Source: Pantoea phage vB_PagS_AAS21. From it: a stretch of DNA of 32,000 nucleotides. Position numbers and translations under genes: made by a program. The first letter of the stretch is position 1, and every line of letters begins with the position of its first letter. Location: sequence record MK770119.1; one strand, written 5' to 3'. A model generated the notes under the pieces. It saw only the letters and a program-made list of their open reading frames with translations, ran no database searches and was not told where the DNA came from. This document shows, piece by piece, positions 24,515-32,000 of this stretch.

Positions 24515-24543
24515 TTGTACTAAAAACCGCTTTCGCCTATTAT
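24515..24543 (+). promoter_or_regulatory. Pre-early promoter
   Basis: TTGTAC -17 nt- TATTAT. Confidence 0.6.
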
Positions 24544-24678
24544 TTATCTCGTAGGGCGGCAAGACGAAACGGGAATCACAAAAGCGATTCGCGAGTAGTC
24601 AGGTAAGAGAGACGGTTTACCATCTCTCTTATCCCGAAAGGAAACGTAGAAACAAGTTGAGTCTGCCCCCGCCCTACA

Positions 24679-24692
24679 CGCTCTTTAAAAAT
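24679..24692 (+). promoter_or_regulatory. BoxA-like antitermination element
   Basis: CGCTCTTTAAAAAT resembles the rrn boxA TGCTCTTTAACA. Confidence 0.5.
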
Positions 24693-24737
24693 CTGGTATC
24701 CATTATGCGCCGCTACCTAGTATAAGGAAACGGCAAA

Positions 24738-24893
24738 ATGATAGAATTTACCCACGCAAAGGTTTACTTGTTAGACTATGGTAATGACGCCATAACGGTG
24801 GCTTGTTTGGACGCTCTTACTAAAGAGTACCCTAACAAATGTTATGTTGTTGATGGTGACGGCTTAGTAGTAAGGATGGCAGAAAATGACTAG
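24738..24893 (+). CDS. 51-aa pre-early protein
   Basis: MIEFTHAKVYLLDYGNDAITVACLDALTKEYPNKCYVVDGDGLVVRMAEND*. Confidence 0.5.
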   Translation: MIEFTHAKVYLLDYGNDAITVACLDALTKEYPNKCYVVDGDGLVVRMAEND

Positions 24894-25050
24894 AAAAGAG
24901 CATAAAGAAATGTTGCTTTTAATGAGAACACGCTTTATAATGGTTTCTCAGTCAGCCGGTGAATGGTTTGGTTTCGAACTGGCTAACGAGTTTGGTAAAG
25001 GCTTCTACAAAAAATTTAAAGAAAGTCAGAAAAAAGTGCTTGCAAATTGA
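24886..25050 (+). CDS. 54-aa pre-early protein
   Basis: MTRKEHKEMLLLMRTRFIMVSQSAGEWFGFELANEFGKGFYKKFKESQKKVLAN*, overlaps the preceding ORF. Confidence 0.5.
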   Translation: MTRKEHKEMLLLMRTRFIMVSQSAGEWFGFELANEFGKGFYKKFKESQKKVLAN

Positions 25051-25068
25051 AAACAAGCGGCGCATAAT
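25040..25068 (+). promoter_or_regulatory. Pre-early promoter
   Basis: TTGCAA -17 nt- CATAAT, overlapping the 3' end of the upstream ORF. Confidence 0.6.
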
Positions 25069-25083
25069 AGATACCAGATTCAA

Positions 25084-25098
25084 CGCTCTTTAACAAAT
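25084..25098 (+). promoter_or_regulatory. BoxA-like antitermination element
   Basis: CGCTCTTTAACAAAT, near-identical to rrn boxA. Confidence 0.6.
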
Positions 25099-25192
25099 TG
25101 GAAAACAACTTGGTAGCGGATTCCTCCTGCTACCGATTAGATTCTTAGTCGGTAGTGTGAGTAAATCCCCCCTAACTACTGGAGTTAAAATT

Positions 25193-25432
25193 ATGAATAC
25201 GCCTAAAATCGGTCAGTCTGTTTTCATCCCTTTTGTTACTCGTACTGACGAGGAAACAGGGAAAGCGGAGAAAATCAACGGTGCAAGCCTCATGCCGTTT
25301 GATACCATCGACGCTGTTTACGCTGAAACCGATCGTAGCAAAAGCGGCAAGCCTGTTTATTCCGTTCGTGTGAAATCCGGTGATGCAGTGCGCATCATGG
25401 AAAAAGACGAAAAGTGGCAGGCGGTGGCATAA
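25193..25432 (+). CDS. Pre-early hypothetical protein
   Basis: ATG at 25193: MNTPKIGQSVFIPFVTRTDEETGKAEK…. Confidence 0.75.
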   Translation: MNTPKIGQSVFIPFVTRTDEETGKAEKINGASLMPFDTIDAVYAETDRSKSGKPVYSVRVKSGDAVRIMEKDEKWQAVA

Positions 25433-25503
25433 TGGATGATTCAATGTTTGACGCATTCTTTAATGATCCTAAGTCGCCACACTATGTGCCGTCTAAGCGT
25501 TAA
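25432..25503 (+). CDS. 23-aa micro-protein
   Basis: TAATG junction: MDDSMFDAFFNDPKSPHYVPSKR*. Confidence 0.4.
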   Translation: MDDSMFDAFFNDPKSPHYVPSKR

Positions 25504-25595
25504 TTGTTAGACTTTATACCCTAGTTTATGCTAGGGTATAGCGAGTAACAATTCTGTTATTCATAACCCATAATTATTTTTCTGGAGATATAAAG

Positions 25596-26021
25596 ATGAC
25601 TACTACCAAAACCGTTAAAGCTGAAAAAACCGCAAAAACTACTTCTGTAAACGGCTGGACCGAAGAAAATACCGCTCTGGCAATCACGCTTTATAAAGAA
25701 GCGTTCGCGGTTGGCGGTGCAGAACTGGCAAATGATCCTTCTTCTACTCTTAAAGAGATTCAGGAGAAAACCGGCGCTAAATCAGTTGTGTCTGTTCGCT
25801 CTAAACTGATCTCTGAAAAAGTTTACGAAAAAGCTGATGCGCCTCGTAAAGTTGGCGGTGGTACTAGTGTTCGTAAAGTGCATTTTGTCCGCGCTCTGGC
25901 TGCTAAAGCTCTGGCAGAAGGTGTTATTGACGATATCGCCGCTTTTGACTCACTGGAGCAGGCGAAAGCCGAACCGCTTAAAGCACTGGCTAAACTTCTG
26001 AATGTAGAAGTTACCGCGTAG
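25596..26021 (+). CDS. A2: A2-like pre-early protein (T5 second-step transfer)
   Basis: 141 aa, NGWTEENTALAITLYKEAF…LKEIQEKTGAKSVVSVRSKL, located next to the A1 homologue. Confidence 0.7.
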   Translation: MTTTKTVKAEKTAKTTSVNGWTEENTALAITLYKEAFAVGGAELANDPSSTLKEIQEKTGAKSVVSVRSKLISEKVYEKADAPRKVGGGTSVRKVHFVRALAAKALAEGVIDDIAAFDSLEQAKAEPLKALAKLLNVEVTA

Positions 26022-26077
26022 TAGTGTTAAACGGCGACTGTTAATATAAGGTCGCCTTATTAACCCTACTAACTGGA

Positions 26078-26326
26078 GTGCTAGCAATGTTTAATTATTT
26101 TCCCTCTCTTTATGTTATTGTTGCCTTGTATACTCTTGCTGGCTATTTTTATGGTCGCTTCGAGTACTGGCTAAAACAGGCGTTTGATTGTGTTGACTCT
26201 AGCAAGTCACAACGCATCGCCCATCGCTACAGCCGCCGTAATGCTGTATTGTTCTCGGTGTTCTTAGTCCTAGCTTTAATATTAAGTACGATTGATTTTC
26301 TTAATTCTGCTTATATTGGCGAATAA
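26078..26326 (+). CDS. Small membrane protein
   Basis: 82 aa, two hydrophobic segments, CTGGAGT leader. Confidence 0.7.
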   Translation: MLAMFNYFPSLYVIVALYTLAGYFYGRFEYWLKQAFDCVDSSKSQRIAHRYSRRNAVLFSVFLVLALILSTIDFLNSAYIGE

Positions 26327-26397
26327 CAACTATTGCCAACTAATTTAGTTGGCAATGATGGTTTTTCCCTATATCCCTTAAATGGAGTGTTTTAAAT

Positions 26398-28059
26398 ATG
26401 ATTATCGCCGCTGAGAAACAAGCTATCGCCCTGAAAACTGCTAAAGGTCTGAACTACTGGGGCAAGCGTTTAGACGCTAAGAAAAACGAAATCGCGGAAA
26501 ATATTTCTTTCGATCTCTACGAAACTCGTAGCCGTTCCGCTGTTATCCGCGATTTTCTGGATGCTAACGAGCCTGTAAAAGAGGCTAAAGTAAAACAACC
26601 ACGCGCTAGCCGCCCGCTGGTAGATCTGCCAGTAGAAGCCGGACGTATTACCCGGTCTGTATCTGATTGGCCTGTTAAATCTGGCGATGTGTTTATTATT
26701 ACCAGTGCGCAGAACAATACGCCGCCTCATGCTAATTTCCTTGCAGCATTAAAGCAGTATGCAGAATATCGCGGTGCGGATATCTTGATCTCTAAGTATC
26801 TGTATAACAAAAATGGCTTCCAGAACGGGGAAGGTCAAAAAGGTGTTAAATTCAACGATGAATTAACGCCGTATTTGCTGGAGCAGAACGTTTTCTTAAA
26901 TAATGAAAAGTTCGCTTTTATGGCTGAAATGAATATTTTGCCAACAGCTATCAACCCGCTTACTGGTTTTGCAGAAACCATCGGTAACTTTTCCGCTGCT
27001 ATCGGTCACGCTCAAATTACGCATGAGTCAGTACCGGCGTTAAAAGGTGATGAAGTTCGTTGTCTGTATACTACTGGTACAGTTACCCAACGTAACTACA
27101 TCCAGCAACGTGCGGGCCAAAAGGCAGAAGGCTTGCACTGCTATGGTGCGCTGATCGTTGAGTTCGATGAGGATGGCAATCACTTTGTGCGCCAACTGCA
27201 AACGATGGATGAATCAGGTTTGTTCTATGACCTGCTTTGTAAGGTCACTCCAGAAGGTGTGACGGAGCAGACCGGGCATGTCGCTGGCTTGCAGTACGGC
27301 GATATTCACGCCGAAAAGATTGATAACGATTGTGCTTATCAGTCTTGGGAAGCAGAAGAGAGTCTGTTAGACCTTCTGAAACCACGCTACCAGCTTATTC
27401 ACGATATTCACGACTTTACCAGTCGCAACCATCATAACCGCCAGTCTGGCGTATTCCTCGCCAAACAATACGCGGCAGGCCGTGACAAGGTGTTAGACGA
27501 TCTGCGCGACACTGGTAAGATCTTGCATGATATGGATCGCGATTTTAGCCAACTGGTAGTTGTTGAGTCTAACCACGACTTAGCTTTAGGCCGCTGGTTA
27601 GATGATAACCGCGTTAATATTAAAGATGATCCCGCTAACGCCGAATTATATTATAGCCTTAACGCTGCAATGTATCAGGCAATTAATAAGGGCGACGATA
27701 CCTTTAACATCCTAGATTATGCTCTGCGCACTTTCGGCGGGTATGATTATGCAGCTATTTTCCTGTCAACTGATCAATCATTTAAGATTGCCGGGGTTGA
27801 ATGTGGAATGCATGGTCACAATGGGATGAATGGTTCTAAAGGTTCACCAAAGCAATTCCGCCGCTTAGGTCTGCCAGTGAATACCGGGCATACTCATAGC
27901 CCATCTATTCACGGTGGCGTTTATACGGCTGGCGTCTCTGGCTCTCTGGATATGGGCTATAACATTGGCGCTTCTAGCTGGCGTCAGACACATCTGATTA
28001 CTTATGAAAATGGTCAGCGTACACTTGTAGACTTTAAGAACGGCAAGTTTTTCGCTTAA
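26398..28059 (+). CDS. A1: A1-like pre-early protein with metallophosphoesterase-like motifs
   Basis: 553 aa; recalled similarity to T5 A1; VVVESNHDLALG and GLPVNTGHTHSPSIHGGVYTAG motifs. Confidence 0.85.
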   Translation: MIIAAEKQAIALKTAKGLNYWGKRLDAKKNEIAENISFDLYETRSRSAVIRDFLDANEPVKEAKVKQPRASRPLVDLPVEAGRITRSVSDWPVKSGDVFIITSAQNNTPPHANFLAALKQYAEYRGADILISKYLYNKNGFQNGEGQKGVKFNDELTPYLLEQNVFLNNEKFAFMAEMNILPTAINPLTGFAETIGNFSAAIGHAQITHESVPALKGDEVRCLYTTGTVTQRNYIQQRAGQKAEGLHCYGALIVEFDEDGNHFVRQLQTMDESGLFYDLLCKVTPEGVTEQTGHVAGLQYGDIHAEKIDNDCAYQSWEAEESLLDLLKPRYQLIHDIHDFTSRNHHNRQSGVFLAKQYAAGRDKVLDDLRDTGKILHDMDRDFSQLVVVESNHDLALGRWLDDNRVNIKDDPANAELYYSLNAAMYQAINKGDDTFNILDYALRTFGGYDYAAIFLSTDQSFKIAGVECGMHGHNGMNGSKGSPKQFRRLGLPVNTGHTHSPSIHGGVYTAGVSGSLDMGYNIGASSWRQTHLITYENGQRTLVDFKNGKFFA

Positions 28060-28151
28060 TTAATTCCGGCGGTCAAATAGGCCGCCACCTTTTCAAAAGT
28101 TATCGCCTAATTTAAATAAACTTTCCCATAATTAAAACTGGAGTCTTAAAC

Positions 28152-28574
28152 ATGAAATTAACTTTTATCTTCTCTAATGGTTCAAACTTTATTGCGCGCG
28201 GTGTTGTTGCTGAATCGCTGGTTATCTCTCGCAATAGTGCCGGTGTTCCTATGATCTCTTATGTAGCTGAAAAAGAGATTCCAACCGATGATTTTAGAGA
28301 GCGTTTCCCTATCGACAGTGAGACGCAAGAGTATGCGCCGGTACAGCGTAAAGACGGTGTGTTCAGCGATATTATTTATACCGCTAACGATCACGAAACG
28401 CATCAAACCCTGTTTGCTATTGGTACTACCATCGACGCAAACAAAGCAAACCTTGATTATATCATCGCTTCTCATTCAGTGGGCTATGACGCCAACACGG
28501 TTCACAGCGTGATCCCGGTGCGAGCGCCGCTTAGTGCAGAAGTGTTAGCGGATGCGTTAGATCTTTGGTGTTAA
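28152..28574 (+). CDS. Pre-early hypothetical protein
   Basis: 140 aa between A1 and dmp, CTGGAGT leader. Confidence 0.7.
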   Translation: MKLTFIFSNGSNFIARGVVAESLVISRNSAGVPMISYVAEKEIPTDDFRERFPIDSETQEYAPVQRKDGVFSDIIYTANDHETHQTLFAIGTTIDANKANLDYIIASHSVGYDANTVHSVIPVRAPLSAEVLADALDLWC

Positions 28575-28649
28575 TCGCCTAACTGTGATACAATAAAACC
28601 CCGGTTAATAATGACCGGGGCAACCTTCCCGAATATCGGAGATTAAGAA

Positions 28650-29345
28650 ATGAATAAAGTAACTAAGGTTAACATCTGGGATTTAGACGGTACTGTGATC
28701 AACTCGTTTCATCGTGTACAGCCTTGCCTTTGCCTTGAAACTGGTAATTTGAATCTGCAACAGTACTTTGCTACCGCTTGCACTCACGATAAAATTATGG
28801 GTGACTCACTCCTGCCATTAGTTGAGACAATGAAACGTTGTTTCGATGCAGATAACACGGTTAACGTTATCGTTACCGCTCGTAGTATGGCTAAGTCTGA
28901 TTATGTATTCTTACGCCAGAATGGTTTGCGCGGTCGCAATGGTCAGAATGTGCGTGTTATGTCTCGCGATACATTGGCCCGTTACTTCCCGTTAGATGAA
29001 GTTAAGGGCATTTACTCTAGCCGTGATGCAGAGTATAAGCGCCGCTACTTCGAACTGTTGCAGGCTCAATACCCCGGCGCAGAGTTCACAGTGTACGACG
29101 ATCATAAAGGCGTCCTAGCCGTCGCCTCTAGCATGGGCTTCCGTGTACTGGATGCAGAGATGGTAAACGATATCCTGTCTGTCGGTATGTCTCTAATCGG
29201 TGAAGCAATCATTGATGAGCATATGTCTGACGACTTAGATATTGATTACTTAAAAGCTAAACTTGATTTCGCCTGGCAGTGTATGACTGACGAGGAAAGA
29301 GCAGAGCATACAACTGGTACTAGCTTTAAAGTATTAGCGGCCTAA
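28650..29345 (+). CDS. dmp: 5'-deoxyribonucleotidase, HAD-fold, T5 Dmp-like
   Basis: NIWDLDGTVINSF (HAD motif I), VIVTARS (motif II), VYDDHKG (motif IV) and position beside A1. Confidence 0.82.
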   Translation: MNKVTKVNIWDLDGTVINSFHRVQPCLCLETGNLNLQQYFATACTHDKIMGDSLLPLVETMKRCFDADNTVNVIVTARSMAKSDYVFLRQNGLRGRNGQNVRVMSRDTLARYFPLDEVKGIYSSRDAEYKRRYFELLQAQYPGAEFTVYDDHKGVLAVASSMGFRVLDAEMVNDILSVGMSLIGEAIIDEHMSDDLDIDYLKAKLDFAWQCMTDEERAEHTTGTSFKVLAA

Positions 29346-29357
29346 TCATTACAGAAT

Positions 29358-29398
29358 TGATAGTCACACCGTGTTACTATTTCACAGTGTGACTATCA
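29358..29398. repeat. 16-nt-arm inverted repeat downstream of dmp
   Basis: TGATAGTCACACCGTG-ttactattt-CACAGTGTGACTATCA, 15 of 16 paired. Confidence 0.85.
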
Positions 29399-29507
29399 CT
29401 ATAGGGAGGTTTTCAGACTACCATACCACCCAGGGGGCTGTCGACCCACCAATATGTAACCCCTTATGAATTTTCAAGAATTCGAGTTTAGCGCAGTTAA
29501 CGGTAGA

Positions 29508-29636
29508 TTACGCCATAATGATTCTAATTGCATCGAAAATCGCCCCTGAAAAACCTACGGCTATAAAGAAACACGCCACAGATAGTACAATTACGCCAAT
29601 TACTAAGATTGTAGCATTCGCTATACGATCAAACAT
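29508..29636 (-). CDS. 42-aa micro-membrane protein
   Basis: MFDRIANATILVIGVIVLSVACFFIAVGFSGAIFDAIRIIMA*, GGAG RBS. Confidence 0.5.
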   Translation of the reverse strand: MFDRIANATILVIGVIVLSVACFFIAVGFSGAIFDAIRIIMA

Positions 29637-29637
29637 A

Positions 29638-29706
29638 TTATATTACTCCGCCGCCAAATATAAGTAGAAACGCCAAACTTGTAAGTAAAATTACGACCAA
29701 TTTCAT
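29638..29706 (-). CDS. 22-aa micro-membrane peptide
   Basis: MKLVVILLTSLAFLLIFGGGVI*, ATGA overlap with the next gene. Confidence 0.4.
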   Translation of the reverse strand: MKLVVILLTSLAFLLIFGGGVI

Positions 29707-29822
29707 AGAAGACACACCGCCACCGCTATGCCAATTACGACTCCAATACAGAATAATATTGTTGCGCCGACAATCGCAAAGAATACGCCATTAAGAATCT
29801 TTTCTACGCTATACCCAAACAT
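29703..29822 (-). CDS. 39-aa micro-membrane protein
   Basis: MFGYSVEKILNGVFFAIVGATILFCIGVVIGIAVAVCLL*, GGAG RBS. Confidence 0.5.
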   Translation of the reverse strand: MFGYSVEKILNGVFFAIVGATILFCIGVVIGIAVAVCLL

Positions 29823-29823
29823 A

Positions 29824-29946
29824 TTAAAATACTCCAAACATTGTGAGGATAAACACAACTACAAATACTAGGAAGATAATTGTGCCAAAACCAAATGAAT
29901 TCATCCAGGACTCTAGAACTTCACCACGTTTGTTATTATTACTCAT
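29824..29946 (-). CDS. 40-aa micro-membrane protein
   Basis: MSNNNKRGEVLESWMNSFGFGTIIFLVFVVVFILTMFGVF*. Confidence 0.5.
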   Translation of the reverse strand: MSNNNKRGEVLESWMNSFGFGTIIFLVFVVVFILTMFGVF

Positions 29947-30050
29947 TTTATTTTCTCGCTTTTAAAAAATTTAGTTTACATTCTTCTCTATTTATTCTAT
30001 AATTATACTATTATATTAACTATTTGACAAATAAGATTTAGGAGAAATTA

Positions 30051-32000
30051 ATGAGTTTTTTCGCCGGACGATTAAATAATGTCCCAACATTCTCCCTGAA
30101 GAATGAGGGTGGGGGTGACATAAACCGCCACATAAACCCTGATGACAATACACTTTTTCACTCTAGTATGCCACACGTACTGATTACTGAAGAGTATGAA
30201 GCACAGCTACAGCAACGTGACTATGGTTACTGGACCTGCGCCATGCCGGGTAGAATCTCTAGCTTACTAGCAAACGACGCCAATTTAGTAGTTTTAACAG
30301 AAGTAGAGTATTATGTAGGTAACACCATTTGTAGACGTATGCTTTACGGTGGGGCTACAGGAGTTGGTGCAGCTAACTGGCAAAGCCAGTGGGTTTCAAT
30401 ACAAATTATCGGATCTAGGCCAATTACTATTCCACACTTCTTTGGTGCATTTGGTACTACGTTTGTTGCTAGTAACGACGTAATTGCTGATCATGGATTC
30501 TTTAGTGAGAGTAACCCCGGTGGTAACGTTTCGCAGAAGCTGCTATATGGAACAGGCCGTAAACTGATGTGGTCTGGATCTAGTACTTGGGAAAGTTCTC
30601 AAGGTGCTTCTAACACTTATTTTGAGGGTGGACAGACGGTTCCTAACAGCCCAAATTACTACTTTGATGTAGGTCATCTTATTCCACCTTCTGGTGCACA
30701 ACGTGGTTTTGATAGTTTTTATATTAAAGCTGGTCATCCTAGACTTGAGATGTTTTATAGAAACGCTGCAACAGGTAGTACATCTAACCCACAACCACCT
30801 CAATTACCTGCGGGTACTGTTGGTTATCAGTTACATACGTTCTCTAATAGGTATAACGGAGGTGGGGGTGTAGCCTTAGATGCAGGTCAAGCTGCTGCGT
30901 TAGCGCCTAACGACTTCAGTTATACTAACAGCTCAGTAAGACGCGATGGAGAGGCAAGAGAAATAAACTATGGGTTTGGGTTTGCCAAAGTAAGATGGTA
31001 TGTTACCAATTTACGTTACAATGGTTGGGGTTATGATGTTACTTATCAACCTTTCGCAGGCAATAGTATTCTCCTGAGTCCTAAGAACTTCGTTATTAAA
31101 GACGTAAATTTAATGAACACATCGTTTAAGTTTATTAATCTAGTGTCTCCAGGTAATGGCTGGAATAGGCCTGATATGCATCTTACTAGTCCTAATATCT
31201 ATAGAGGTAACGTACAGTCTGGCTTAGAAGCTGGTGATATCCCATGGAATGGTGTAGAAACTGGAGGTATGGGAGCAGGATATTGGTATGGGGCGGGAAG
31301 TAACTGGGGTTCTACTACTTTAGCCCTGTATAAATTCCAACCGTCTGCATCTTGGTATGTTAATAGTACTGTGCCATCTATAGGTAACCAATGGGGTGAT
31401 GTATGGTCTCCGGGTCAAATACCCTTGAGATTGTTTGGCAACCGAGCTGCCGTTGTAGAAGTAAGTGGTGGTGCTTTCCAGTTATCCGCAAACCAAGTAA
31501 CAGGAATACAGAATGCTAATCTAGGTCTTAATGACTCTAGAAACGGTGCTGTAGTAATGACTATTGTGTTTAACGATATTACATGGTTTTTGGCAAGTGG
31601 TCGTGGTGTTTACAACCCAATGCGCTGGAATGGTGGAGGTAGTTTACCTGCTAGTCAGATGCGTGTTACTGGATACGGTAACTCTACTTATCATATTAGA
31701 CACCAGATACTGAGTCTACCTGTGGGAGGTTACGTACCTTTCTACGTTTGTAGATGTGGTTCTATGGCAAGTTATGGTAGTGATGGTAGTAGTCTAGCGG
31801 ACCATAGTACGGGCTTCTACACTGTAATATTTTATATTAGGAATATAGGTAATGGTGAGGTAGAATTTTCCTGTGAGCTAGCAGGTAACCCTATTGTAAG
31901 TATTCCTGGCGGATCACAAAATGATTCATCGAAAGTTTTAGGCGACTATAACGCTATACGTTTACCAAGTATGCGTATAACTGTACAAAGACTAGTTTAA
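30051..32000 (+). CDS. oad: Receptor-binding protein, T5 pb5 (Oad)-like
   Basis: 649 aa; MSFFAGRLNN…GGGDINRHINPD, FQPSASWYV, GDVWSPGQIPLRLFG and LSLPVGGYVPF match recalled pb5 landmarks; T5 pb5 has near-identical length. Confidence 0.85.
   Translation: MSFFAGRLNNVPTFSLKNEGGGDINRHINPDDNTLFHSSMPHVLITEEYEAQLQQRDYGYWTCAMPGRISSLLANDANLVVLTEVEYYVGNTICRRMLYGGATGVGAANWQSQWVSIQIIGSRPITIPHFFGAFGTTFVASNDVIADHGFFSESNPGGNVSQKLLYGTGRKLMWSGSSTWESSQGASNTYFEGGQTVPNSPNYYFDVGHLIPPSGAQRGFDSFYIKAGHPRLEMFYRNAATGSTSNPQPPQLPAGTVGYQLHTFSNRYNGGGGVALDAGQAAALAPNDFSYTNSSVRRDGEAREINYGFGFAKVRWYVTNLRYNGWGYDVTYQPFAGNSILLSPKNFVIKDVNLMNTSFKFINLVSPGNGWNRPDMHLTSPNIYRGNVQSGLEAGDIPWNGVETGGMGAGYWYGAGSNWGSTTLALYKFQPSASWYVNSTVPSIGNQWGDVWSPGQIPLRLFGNRAAVVEVSGGAFQLSANQVTGIQNANLGLNDSRNGAVVMTIVFNDITWFLASGRGVYNPMRWNGGGSLPASQMRVTGYGNSTYHIRHQILSLPVGGYVPFYVCRCGSMASYGSDGSSLADHSTGFYTVIFYIRNIGNGEVEFSCELAGNPIVSIPGGSQNDSSKVLGDYNAIRLPSMRITVQRLV

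Noticed and set aside
26470-26730. Minus-strand ORFs inside the A1 homologue
   Set aside because: Antisense frames within a strongly supported gene.
29395-29407. True T7-type promoter
   Set aside because: Only the initiation half matches; the specificity region (-17 to -9) does not, and T5-like phages are not known to encode a single-subunit RNA polymerase.

Overview
This 32 kb window is from a T5-like siphophage (Demerecviridae-type, probably infecting Klebsiella or another enterobacterium; the host is inference). From left to right it contains: (1) a T4-type holin/GH24 lysozyme lysis cassette; (2) rightward small early-type genes (thioredoxin-like, calcineurin-like phosphatase, lipoprotein, ASCH/DUF3850-like), with T5-type strong promoters in the first part; (3) a tail-spike/depolymerase-like gene with its own promoter-terminator element; (4) a dense array of overlapping micro-genes, many with a single transmembrane segment; (5) a ~11 kb region that looks like the T5 terminal-repeat pre-early region. 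That region has a repeat-rich noncoding segment with DnaA boxes, a leftward operon of uncharacterised small genes bounded by a perfect 21-bp inverted repeat, and rightward pre-early genes including A2-, A1- and dmp-like genes behind BoxA-like sites; (6) a micro-membrane-protein cluster; and (7) a pb5/oad-like receptor-binding protein. The least explained parts are the leftward pre-early operon, the repeat-rich noncoding region, the structured element at 18456-18641, the modular hairpin/leader cassettes between pre-early genes, and the two micro-membrane-protein arrays. Family names come from recalled sequence motifs. No database search was run.
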